DNA of 64,000 nucleotides from Argiope bruennichi (lineage: Eukaryota): positions 54,886,922 through 54,950,921 of the forward strand of contig NC_079163.1 in NCBI RefSeq assembly GCF_947563725.1. Direction: 5' to 3'. The translations under genes were made by a program, and so were the position numbers. This document shows, piece after piece, positions 37,877 to 50,021 of this stretch (positions are counted from its first letter, which is position 1; every line of letters begins with the position of its first letter). Below the pieces are notes generated by a model that saw only the letters and a list, made by a program, of their open reading frames with translations, had not been told where the DNA came from and did no database searches.

Positions 37877-38126
37877 GGGGGACACCTCGTAATCAAGGAT
37901 GAAAAGCTTCCGGTATGGTGGTTGATTCTCGCCACTCCTGTAGTTACACGAAAAGGTGGGGGTCTTGCTCCTCCCATCGATAACGGGACATATTTCCTTA
38001 GGGAAGGGTTGTACCGTGGCTGGTGATGGCCCTTAGGACTCAACCACAGTTCCCGCCGGTGTTGCAGTTGCGGCGGTCCGGTCATTCAATTTTTCCGTGT
38101 GCCTTCCGGCGTGTTGGAGTAGTCAG
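37877..38126 (+). mobile_element. Family C SINE-like element, copy 4
   Basis: Reads gggggacacctcgtaatcaaggatgaaaagcttccggtatggtggttgattctcgccactcc...ggttgtaccgtggctggtgatggcccttaggactcaacc...tttttccgtgtgccttccggcgtg. ORF 37855-38085(-) is internal and spurious. Confidence 0.7.
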
Positions 38127-38301
38127 TTTGTGATTAATTTTGATATATTTATCAACGATGATTCGTGTTTATGATATATGAAAAAGACAAAAGACTTTGA
38201 CAGAAAACTTATGCATTATTATATATTTTATGAAATTAAGAGTTATATATTTATGTGCTTTTTGAGAAATGTAACTTGTGCCGTATCCGTATTGTCAGAC
38301 A

Positions 38302-38614
38302 ATACAGCACACTATTTGTTGTCCAAAATGTTTGTAGCAAATCTTTAAAAAATCTCTTTTTGTCTGATACGTATTACAATGACCATTGGAATTTATTTTC
38401 TGAAGACAAATTTAGAAATTTTAAATGAATTATAGCGATAAATTATTAATTAAAAACTACAGCACACTATTTGTTGTTCCAAATGTTTGTAGCAAATCTT
38501 TAAAAAATCTCTTTTTGTCTGATGCGTATTACGATGACCGTTGAAATTTACTTTCTGAAGAAAAATTTAGAAATTTTAAATGAATTATAGAGATAAATTA
38601 TAAATTAAAAACTA
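38302..38614. repeat. Two-copy tandem duplication with a period of about 157 bp
   Basis: acagcacactatttgttgtccaaaatgtttgtagcaaatctttaaaaaatctctttttgtctgatacgtattacaatgaccattggaatttattttctgaagacaaatttagaaattttaaatgaattatagcgataaattattaattaaaaacta is repeated with about 8 substitutions. Confidence 0.9.
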
Positions 38615-40841
38615 TGAAGTGGAAAATAATTAAAATTAAAAAAAATTATAGTAAATTAATGCAATTGTATTGTTATAAATGTGATTATATCTGAAACTTA
38701 TACCACTTATAGTGAAAGAAGCCAGTGTATAGAATTTATTCTGAAATTATTTATTCGGTTCAAAACGGTAAAAAGTAAGATCTTTAAGTAAAATACCGAC
38801 CTTAACATTTGTTTTGTTGTAATAATTCAACCGTAAAAATTAAATGAATAAAAATATAATCTTAAGTTTTATTAAAAATTCAAAATGACTATTAAGGACT
38901 AATTCAAATCCTATGAAAAAATAAATGCTTGAGTAACTCGTACGAATTCCGTATGCAATTACTGAAGCAAAATCAACAAAATAATTCTCCTGACTTCATT
39001 TTAGATTTATTTGTATATGTTTTTTATAATAATAGAATCCATAAGTGTCTAGAGATGCTAATTGAAATGAAGCTATTTAAAAACGCTTTCGAATTAAAAC
39101 AAGTAATAAAGAATTTCTCCTCCCCCCCCCTACTATTCAGGTTTTTATTGTTCTGGAAGATCAGATTTTTTTAAATACTTTTTTTTTTCAAAGCGGAGCA
39201 TTTCCGGTTCTCTATTTAAAGTGTCGACTGAATCCTAAAGAGTTTTATATTGGCCACTTTTCAACTTTTTAATTATCATTGCAATTTTTTTCAAACATTC
39301 TTCAACGCATTTTGTAAAAAAGGGCAAAGAATGAAACATTTTTTGTTATTGAAAAAGGAAGGTTTTATGAATTAAACAGTAACAGCAAAGTATTTGATAT
39401 CTCAGAGCAACAGATTAAAAAGTGATTACAGTCACATAATTTAATAACATTTTTTGTCATCGAATAATTTCTTATTGCTGCTTTTTTCATAATTAGATTA
39501 CTTTCTTGATAAGATTTCTTTATCATAATCGATTGAATAAAATTAGAAAAAAAAATAATCAGTAATCAGCCTTTTTATCTTTCTAAATGTCAAATAATGT
39601 TAAAAAGGGGTTAATAGCAAGGATAAAAAAAAATTTCTCACTCACATTTCTAAGAAAAGACGTTAGCTTTAAATTTAATTAATTAGGTTGGTGACATAAA
39701 AAAATATAATGTAAAATAAAATTTCCTGAAGTATAAAACGGTATATCATTTGCTTAAGCCAATAACTGTTTAGTCGCGAAATAATTATTCTAGAAACATT
39801 TTGACTGCTTATGTCCGAAGGGCAGAAAAAAATGTAAATTCTTTTAACACGTTCAAAGCCCACTGTATCTTAAGTGCATGATTTATATCAGATCTAACAC
39901 TTTTTAAACCAGAAAGGCACAAAAAAAATCACTTTTATAATAACTGTTAATTCACTGATAGTATCAACAAAACTGATTTTACCAAATATCTATGTATATG
40001 CCAGCTAGAATAACTTTGATTTAATTGATGATATAGCATTGTGACTTTCATCTTATGTTTAATTTTGTTGTACATCATCAAAGAGCAAAGTAGAATTTTC
40101 AGTAAATTACTCTTTTTAAGCACTTTTATTTAACTTCATAAGTTTCATGTGGCTAAAAACAGCATCTTGTTGTTGCTTTTTCACTTATTTTTTGAAACAC
40201 AATAGTTTAGAAAATTCGCACAGTTATTTATTTTCTAGGACAATATTCTATTTGAATATTTTCAAGAACAAATAGATAGAATAATTTAATTAAATTAAAT
40301 ACCATTTGTTAGTGAATTCGAGAAAGAATGGATTTCAAGTGTCGATAATACTCATAATAAAGAATTATAAATTTAAGACTGAAAAGTAAATAACTAAAAT
40401 AATTAAAATAAAATTCCATTTTTTAATACACTAATAAAACTATGTTCTTAAATATAGTTTATACTATATAAATTATTATATATATCCTCTTGAGTAAAAG
40501 AGATATAATATTCTTAGATTTATAGACTACATAAAAGGTGGTTAATTTGTACATTTACTGCATCTAAACGCAATGCAGTAAGGTTATTATGACTGGTACT
40601 AAATGCTGACTAATTTCTACTAAATACTGATATTAAATAAATTGAGATCTAATTTCTAAAAAAAAAATGAAACTCAACTGGATTAAAACGTGAACAATAT
40701 ATACTGTGATCAAAATTTAAGATTCAGATCAGATTTAACATCTTGGATACACAGATTTAACATCTAAGATTCAATCAGATTCCTGTCATATTTGGAATTA
40801 AATACACAAAAAGGTTGACCTTCTATGGGTTTACACTTCAA

Positions 40842-40985
40842 TAAGCACGTAAACAGAATAATTCAAAATTGCAATGACTTAAATATATGAAATTTGGAAT
40901 GTGATTTTGTGACTGGAATTATAGTTCTATGTCAGATTTTGGTTTCATCCTATCAGATCAAAAAACATCCAAAATAGACATTCCA
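40842..40985 (+). repeat. Family E repeat, partial copy (sub-unit 2 only)
   Basis: aagcacgtaaacagaataattcaaaattgcaatgacttaaatatatgaaatttggaatgtgattttgtgactggaattatagttctatgtcagattttggtttcatcctatcagatcaaaaaacatccaaaatagacattcc aligns to 17075-17230 and 53395-53540. Confidence 0.65.
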
Positions 40986-43900
40986 TTTTCTGGAACGGTT
41001 AATGCCAGTAAACAACAGTGATTAATCACAAAATATTTGCCAACGATTGCTCTTACATAGACTTTTTCATATCTACCGTTCGTCAACGGTATGCAGTTAA
41101 TAATACACAAGTGCATGTATCAGAAAGTATGCGAAAAAGTTTCGAGAAGAGCTCTCGTGCTGGTTTAATATGTTGTTTCATTAGGACTCTATTTTTTGCA
41201 TTCACTTTGCTTTGGATTGCTTGCTAGGCATACTTTGTTTTTATGGCATTTATGAAAGAATGTAATAGCATATTTGATTTCAGAATATCGTGAAATGATA
41301 GCTACAAAAAACACATAGTAGTTGGGGAGTAAACAAATAAGTCTCCTGGGTCTCAATAAGGTATGTTATTGATTTTCTTCGTATAAGAGCGTGGATTTAT
41401 TTCTGGAAACATATAGCAATATATCGAATGGATCGAATTAAATTATCCCTTGTCAGAAGAATGTAAGTAATAAAACTATTTTCTCTGATCATTATTTCCT
41501 AATTTGTAGTTCATGTTCATCTTCTTCTTTTGATTAATATGAGAGAAATATGAGGAATCAAATTCATCAGAAATATGAGAAATTTAACTAAAGCTCCTTG
41601 GGATAATAAAGCTACAAATATTTCGAATTAAATGTTTGAGTTAATTTGGAAAAATAGAGAATGTGTATCGGAGACACCTACGAATTCAAGCGAAATGCGG
41701 TATAAAATGTTGTTGGGTCAGGTGTTCTAAGAACGCTGTCAGATTTGTTTATGTCAAATATGCAAGAAGAAACTCATCCTAACGAGGGAGTAAATATAGC
41801 CCACTCAAAATTCATTTCATTCCGACGTTAAGTATTCGAGCATAGCATTTTGATCCATGTGACATGATACCTGCAAGCCTACAGCAAAAAAAACACATGG
41901 CTGGCTGTATATTTCGCTAACATATCTTTAATGGTGAAGAACACTTTGATGATTAGTATATTTATTTTTATGATTAACTCTTGACACACTGCCTTATCAA
42001 GATTGCAAATCATGAACACTGAAATTACAACATGATGATGGCTTTTATTGACTATTTGGAGAGCTAGAGCTAGAGCTATTTGATATAAATTTGTACTAAA
42101 TAGAAAAAGATTTGATGTTTCTGCTACAAAATTTGGAAGAAACCACAACGCAACTGACAGAAGATGAAAAAAATTACTGTAAAACGATATGACATTGATT
42201 GAGTTTTATATAAACGGATTTAAGATTACAACCAGCTTTTAATGGGGTTATTTATAATGCACTTTGAATAAAAGAGAATATTTGAAGAATTAAAATAAAA
42301 TTACAGAGATAAATTAAGATATTATCATCAAATTTTGCAAATTTCAAGATAAATCGCGATTAAAATTTGGCGTTAATATTTCAGAATAAAATAATTAAAA
42401 AAATACAGAATAATATTTTTCAGCTGCTTTTTTCTGTACATATGTTTTTATATTGAATTTAGCTCTGAAAAGTTCCGTTATATCTTTTAAGAGAACATAT
42501 AGAAATCTAATAATTTATTCCCAATAAAGGAGTTTTCATTTTAATAATAACATGACTTTTGAAGCTACCGAAGTGTATTATTGCTAATAACATATTTGCT
42601 TCATATCATATTCATTTTCATTTTTATTTGACTCCCTAGCGCTTTAAAGCAATTATATATTATAATGAATCGCAATTCAATTCATGTTAGAGCGGAATGT
42701 TTCAAATAAAAATAATCTGATGTATTCGCAACCGAAATGAATCTATGCATCCCCTATTATATATTGAATGATTTTAATGTATTTTCTTCTGAATAATATC
42801 AAAAGAATAAAAGGCAATATTCAAAGAGAGAGCTCACGAAATTGCATGCATCATTTTTGTGCAATAAAAAACAATATTGTTGCCGGGAAAGAACTGTGAA
42901 TTGTGAGAAAAATTATAGAAATAATGAAAGCGGAACTAAAAATTTTTAACACTGCAAGCACGCTAACAGGAAATAATGATATTAAAATAAATTTATGAAA
43001 TTAATATAAAATTCTTTTCGACTGAATTGCGAATCATGAAAATTTCTGTTCTACTGAAATAATTTCGAAATTTTATTCCGACTTCCCTCTTTGATGAATT
43101 CATACATTTTGATTTCATAAACGAAATAGTTAATCGATAAGATTTCAAATTAAAATTGTATGGAAAGCTAAAAGAAACAGCATTACTAATAAAAAAACAT
43201 TGACAGTATTTTTATGCACCTTACGACTGCGTGTAATAGACTATAAAATTAAACCATTTTCGTTTTAAGAATTGCGTTTTATGACTTACAATATCAATAA
43301 TTTATGATAAATCTAATTTTAATTAAGATTTATCAGCAGGTTTTAAGTACATTGGAATCATATTCTGGACTATTTAATAAGTCGAAAAGATATACCATGT
43401 TATGTTCACTATACTGGATATTTGAATTTCTTCTCATCATGGTATTTAAATTTGTTTTTCCAAGTCTATGTTCACAAATTTGTTTTTCCAAGTCTATGTT
43501 CACAAATTTGTTATTAATAGACAGAGAAGATTTTAATGAAGTAAAATCGCTCCAGTTATAAAAGTGCTATTAAAAACATTGCAGGAATTTTTTAAAAAAT
43601 TTACACTGATTTTGAATTAGGTTTCAGTCTTATATATTTAATTGATGCTAATTTTTTGATCGCAAATAAATCAATTAATCAATTTCTGTTAAGATGCCTC
43701 ATTGAAATTTCAAGAACTTTTTAAAAAGGTGCAAAACAAATGTATGAAGTAGTAAAAATAACTCTTTCTCCGAAATTTCATCATTTTTTTTTTTTGCACG
43801 CTTTTATTTAACATGACTTGTTTCGTTTTTGTAAGATGGTCTTTTGTAATCGAATTTTCCTTAATTTCCTTATGAATTAGAATCTTGAAATTTTGCAGAC

Positions 43901-46900
43901 ATGTATTCTTTATGAGCCTATGCAACTTCATTATTACAGAAGTTAATTATCGTTTAATTGATTAATTGAGTTAAATTTTCCTTTTTTTAGTTATATATTT
44001 GAGGAAAAAAATATTTTATGATTTTTTAATATTCATTATAATGAATTATAAATTAAAATCGAACATAATTAAAACAAAATATTCTGTTTTTGATTTTTTT
44101 TTAAAAACTATTCTGTGAAATTGATTTTAAAATACTATGGCACTGAATCCTTTAAAGTGCAGGCAGACGCGTAATTAAAGAATTTTCATACCGATGAATA
44201 GTGAATTTTAAAACAGCAATTTTAATGCAGTAATTAGAATTAAATTAGTGCTAATAACATTTTACGTGATAAAAAATATTGAAGAAGCGTTTAATAACCT
44301 GGCATTTAAAGATATGCAATAAAAGAATAACAATACCCAGAATATGTTTAAAAATTGAATAAAGTAAGAGGATACAGGCCAATGAAATATTCAGAAAGTT
44401 AAAGAGATTGTAAATAACCGTAGATCTTTGATACTCTAAATTTAACAGAATAAATATTGAAAAGGAAACGTGTCATGCTTGATCAAATGATTACACAAAG
44501 TATTAATACTGGGAAAAGCTTTCTTGAATGCCTAGGACAAGATTTTTAATGAAAATCATGAGTGAATAATGATCAATCTCATTTATTAATCATTAATGAG
44601 TTTTGCTTGAAATTAATACAACATCATGATGTTGCAACCAATATTAACATCCGTTTGATTAATTATCAACTAATGTTGAAATAGGGTTGTTAGGTGTTAA
44701 AATAATCTTTGAAAGCTTTCAGTTATTCAAGTAATTCATTCATTAACCATTATTCAATATTACAATTAATATAACAGCGATAGTTATTTAGTAATAGCTA
44801 TTCAATACAACAACTCATCATGCTTGCAAATGAGTTGTCTTTCGGTTTTTAAGTTTTCGAGCTCCTTCAGAAAAGAATTTTTATTATATGAATCAGTAAG
44901 CCTTGAGTGCCTATACAGGATAGTGTTGGCCCTGTGACAGAACCTCAACTTTTGGACAGAAGTGTAGAGATTCGATTCCACAAAAGTTTGTCCAATAAAT
45001 GGATTAATGCTCATTAAATTTGAGTTCCCTTCTAATATGTTGTAGATTCAAAGAGAGGGTTATTGACTCTAGAATAATTTTTTGTCATCTGCAACACTTC
45101 GAGGTGCTTGCGGAAAAAACTCGCGTTTAGCTTCAAAATAGAAAAGTTAATCTAATAAACTTATATTAAGAAATTTGATTAATGTGATTATCTGCGTTGT
45201 TATGGTTACTTTATTTATTGGATTTCAGAGTTAAAGTTTGTTTTTTGTTTTTAATTTTGCCACCTCTTCCTCAAGAATTTTTAATAACTGCTATTATAAC
45301 GCTGGTTAAAAGCAGCCAAGGATCGCACTTTTTTCTCTTACTTTCATTCTTCAATAAAGCATTTCATTCAAAAATTGACGTAAAAATTTCATTTCAAGTT
45401 TGTGTTCAAAATGGATTCATTATTAATGAATTACAAAACTATTATTACAAAATTAAATGAATTACAAATTTCTTTCAAAATACATGCAAAAAATTAATAT
45501 GAAAAAATATCCAATTTTGAAATCAAATGATACAGGTGAGAAATTTTTCTTACAATATAATTTCTTCATAGCCAATTTGGGAATGAAAACATTTAGTTCA
45601 TAATAGAGATACCGATATGTGAACATAATATTGTATTATTTTATCGTATTGCTTTATTTTTTACAGATTTTACTCTGAAAAAATTATTTATATAATAATG
45701 GAAATATAGCTAAAAATCTTAGCAATGAAAGAAAAACAAAGGATAATAAAATATTTATTATTTTGAATAAGGGAAAAAATTACTTAACACTTAGAAAATC
45801 TTAATTTTGCAACTTATCTGTAAAACCTATGATAATCAAGTTTTTGTTAAGCTGAGAAAAGTTAAATAAACATATAAACTATAAATAATTCTACAAAAAC
45901 ATTTTCTTTTATTATTTATTGCTCCTTCTATTTAAAAAAATTGGACTTAAATCTGATAAAAAGAATTGTAATAACTATGCATTAAAGTTTTCTTAATTAT
46001 TGATATAAATGTTTTCGCACCTTTCAGAAAGGGGATCCGAGCGACATTTTCAGATGAAAATGCAGTGAAGAAAAGTTTTGCGAAAGATTCATATTAATTT
46101 TAGCATTTTTGTTGAAACGCAGAGATATTCAACTTTATTTTCAATAAAAATTAAATTTATTCCTAAATATAATATATTTTCAAAATTTCATCAATAAATA
46201 ATCATTAACATTTCAGTTAAACCATTTTCCAATTCTTCCACCAGAAATTTTCTGATCATTTTTATTTTCTTATCAAACGAACTGATTTTACACAAACATG
46301 CAGATCATGAATTTTTCTGGTAATCGTATTTACAATAACAAAGAAATAATTTTTTTAAATTATTCCAGAAAAAAATCTCAACATTTAAATTGAAAGATCC
46401 TAATGTGTTTTTTATTGAAACATATTTAGATTACTTCAAAATCTCTCAAAACTAAACATCCTAAATTTTCTTTTCTAAAACATATAGACTTTGTCAAAGT
46501 TCGAAGAATAATGTTTGTGGAAATCATCACAAACAGTTTGTGCGATTCTGTTTAAATCATTGTTAATAAATTCGCACTTGTAATTCTTAAGTAATTGCGC
46601 AGAGAGTTCTAACAGATTCTATTTAAAATTACAGAAAAAATTTTAAATCTTAAAATTTACAAGTTTTCTTATCGACAATATGCGATTATTTAACTAATTA
46701 TCTTAAAATATTATTGAAAACATTTGCGATAATCTTGATTTGAGTTAATAATGATATTAGCTCTTAAACACAAGAAATGCCTTATTAAAACTTCATCCCC
46801 AAAAAAATTTCACAATTTTAAACTAGAATTTCTAAGAATTATTTTACTGGTAACTTTTTAATCATTGCAGAGTCTTCAAAAACTAAATATTACACATTTT

Positions 46901-47980
46901 TCTTTTTAAAATAATTAGAGAAATTGCTATTGTTATATATTACTTTAATTAAAGTAAGTAAAATCTTTGAACTAAATCTTGACTAACTAACTTATTTTAA
47001 ATCTTATCTTAACTCATATTCCTTCACTCCGAGCATTCTGGTCATTCCAATCAGTTTAGTAATTAAAAAACTAATTAAATAAATTTATAAATGAAAAAAA
47101 CTCCAAGAATTTTGAAAATATACAATGCCTTTTGTGTTGAGAGATCAATACATTTAAAATAAATCTTCATGAAATAGATATTCGAATACCATCAATGCGA
47201 ATTTCCCGAACACTTTACTGACTTTTCGAAAATTAAATAACGAGCGGTGTTGTTTTCGAAAAGATTTAGAAAATCCTAGATATTAAAGAATAGGATATAT
47301 CCATACAAGCGGCATTCTATTTATGATAAATATTATAAATAACTGTGAATACATTTGCCTATTTCTATTGAGAATTCTAAAAGGTTTTTATATCATTCAG
47401 TAAAAGATCTCGATTTCATTATTTTCACTAAAAAAATCTAATTAATTTCCGAATTATAGTTTTTTTTCTTTTTCAGTGTGAAGGACAGCAGAAGGCGCAT
47501 CATAAATATCCAAATACAATTTTACTTAAAATAAATTTAAGAAGCTTGTAATTGCCCACACCAAAAAGTTCTGAAATCTTCCGCAGATCTTTCAAATGTA
47601 TTGAATAAAAATTTCAAACTTTTTTTTCGAACATTTCTATATTTAAACAGTACAACAATTGAATCTAAAACTAGATGCTACTTATATTCGAAAGTCAAAT
47701 ATCATAAAATTTTCTTCTTAACATGCTCGCGGAAGTGAGTGCTATAATATTCATTTTCACTGAAATACACGATGCAATAAATACTGTGGCATTCAAATTT
47801 ATGATATAAAAATGGATTAATTTTTTTCTTACTATTTTAAAATACCATGCATTCAATTCCATATGATCATTTTTTTAATTATTAGACAAATTAAATCACT
47901 AATTCAACAATACTCTAAATATCTTCATTTTTTTCTAATCTTTTCTTTCGTTGTCCGTGAACATATTAAAAAAACTTATA

Positions 47981-48345
47981 TGATCAGTATTTTGAAAAAT
48001 AATACTTTTATAAATCGAAATAACGTTACATAAAAGCATCTTCATGACAAAATTTTTCAGAGAACTTTTAAATCGCTTTTAATTATTATCAAAAATTATA
48101 TATCATGAAACTTTTTTCAAAAAATTTGGCCGCAACAGAACTTTTAAAGAATCAGATTAGTATCTTTTTAAAAAATAATGTTTGTATAAATCGAAATAAC
48201 GTTGCATTAAAAACATCTTCATGACAAAAATTTTGGAATATTTACACGAAAACTTTCAAATTGCTTTTATTTATTATCTAAAATTAAATATCATGAAACT
48301 TATTTTCAAACAATTGGGTTGAAATTTTAAAGAATCATATCCGTA
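47981..48345. repeat. Two-copy tandem duplication with a period of about 182 bp
   Basis: aataatacttttataaatcgaaataacgttacataaaagcatcttcatgacaaaatttttcagagaacttttaaatcgcttttaattattatcaaaaattatatatcatgaaactttttt recurs as aataatgtttgtataaatcgaaataacgttgcattaaaaacatcttcatgacaaaaattttggaatatttacacgaaaactttcaaattgcttttatttattatctaaaattaaatatcatgaaacttatttt. Confidence 0.85.
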
Positions 48346-48659
48346 CAAATGAATATCATTCATTTAAAAGTAAATATCATTTAACTTCTTCTTTACTTCT
48401 TTATCTACTTTTTAAAAGTTCTCTTTATCTACTTCTTAAAAAGATATACAACAAATTTTCAATAATTATCCGATTCAGAATTCTAGATTTTACAGTTATG
48501 CGATATTCGAATTCTCTCAAAACTTTCTAATTATTTCTCAAACTCCGAAAAACTAAATTTTTGGCATATATTTTTCCAAAAAAAGATAAAATGCCTTAAT
48601 ATCTTTAAAGAATTCCACATATCATTCTATTGAAAGTAAATCTAATAAGTTTGCAGAAG

Positions 48660-49330
48660 CCCTTACCGAAATATGCTGCAACTTTCAACAGGTGACAAGG
48701 ATCAGAGAGCTTAGGCAAAGGCGACTCGTTGCTTCTGAGTCGAAAACCAGAGTAAGCGATTTTTCGGGGTGTTCTCTATATATCTGAGCTTCTTGTTGCG
48801 GGGGAGTGGCGCCTGCTCTGTGAATTCCTTCTTCTATATTTTCATTCACTCACTCCTGCTTGCGTCACTCCTACAATTTATCGGAAGAATATTCGAAATA
48901 TGTGTACGCGAGAAAAAGTAGTTTACAAATCTCTGGAATTCCGGTAGTGAGAAACCCCGTAACTTATCGATATTTATTTCGCACAAAATGCGGGAAGAGT
49001 TGAGAGTTGGCACTTGAAAAGCCTTTACTTCGGCCCGTTGCAAACACTTTTGCGGCCCTCACGAGTGTGATTCATCTGGAATATGGCTCATCTACTACAA
49101 GCGCATGTTTGAAACCTGTTGCTGACGTGCCAAGTTTCTTCATCTCACTCCTTTTTCAAGATTCAGTCTATAAATCGACTTATTTTTAAGCGAAAACTCA
49201 TGTTTGCTAGTTAAATGAAGGACAGAAGCAAAGCGTCGTGTCGGTTAGCATCAGTTGAATACCGCTGATATCTGTTTAGGCAGCAAAAATTTTTTTTGTC
49301 TTTGTTCGGTAGCAAATCGTGTACAGTTCA
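48660..49330. promoter_or_regulatory. GC-richer, CpG-containing, repeat-free island with a TATA element (+ 48775-48784 tctatatatc; minus-strand TATATAG); candidate promoter and 5' UTR region
   Basis: Local composition is markedly less AT-rich than the flanks, with CpG-containing strings (gcgcctgc, gtacgcgag, cggcccg, gcggccc, cgtcgtgtcgg). There is no long ORF on either strand and no similarity to the repeat families defined here. Confidence 0.35.
48667..48750 (-). other. Candidate non-coding first exon of the minus-strand gene; the 5' end is approximate, the 3' end is a GTAAGG donor
   Basis: Minus strand reads ATATATAGAGAACACCCCGAAAAATCGCTTACTCTGG...GTTGCAGCATATTTCG|GTAAGGgcttctgc. The TATA element lies about 90-110 nt upstream of the donor. 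The first coding exon at 33305 opens with an acceptor, so a 5' exon is required somewhere upstream. Linking the two is inference. Confidence 0.25.
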
Positions 49331-49440
49331 AGTTACAAGATTGTCTTCGGATTCATTAGTTGTAGACTCATCTTTTGCGGCGACAAAATACAATCATCTT
49401 TAAAAAATCGGAACTCATTAAATCTGTTATTACTTAATTG

Positions 49441-49620
49441 TTCTTATATTGGTATGAAATATAAATCTTAAAAATGAGTTGTCATCTTGGAATTCTAAAC
49501 TATATGGGGTATGGGATAGAAATCTAAAAAATGAATTGTCACATTAGACTTCTAAAATATATGGGATATGAGATAGAAATCTAAAAAAAATGAGTTGTCA
49601 CCTTGGAATTCTAAAAAAAG
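49441..49620. repeat. Minisatellite, three copies of a roughly 58-bp unit (tatg[ag]gatagaaatctaaaaaatga[ag]ttgtca[tc]cttggaattctaaa...)
   Basis: Direct reading. Confidence 0.85.
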
Positions 49621-49933
49621 GCATTTCATCTGTAGGTAAACTGAATATTATTAAATTCACGGAAAATCTTTCAATAAACGACATCCTTTTTTCATTTCAG
49701 TTTGTCAATTAAAGTAATTAATTCTATCAACAGAAAAAAACTCTTAAAAAAGTGCGGCTTTCAAAACACTATGCAAAAACTCAGGAATCATCATCTTTGA
49801 ACACTTAAAAGTGACCAGGTCAAAAGAAAAGAAAAATGAATGAATGATTAATCCGTTTCTTGTTGCTATAAAATATCATCTCTGTAACGTGACAGATCAT
49901 GTGAATCAACATATCTTCAATATAAAATAAATG

Positions 49934-49935
<2 letters not shown>

Positions 49936-50019
<84 letters not shown>
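49936..50019. repeat. (TA)42 microsatellite
   Basis: Direct reading; it is the longest pure dinucleotide tract in the window. Confidence 0.95.

Positions 50020-50021
<2 letters not shown>

Noticed and set aside
37855-38085. ORF 37855-38085(-) with Pro/Arg-rich translation
   Set aside because: Entirely inside family C copy 4.
44802-45014. ORF 44802-45014(-), whose C-terminus (…LKTERQLICKHDELLY) faintly recalls the mariner linker HELTERQ…CE.LL
   Set aside because: The resemblance is limited to about 10 residues. The remainder of the frame and the neighbouring frames show no mariner HTH or DDD motifs, so it is not supportable by eye.
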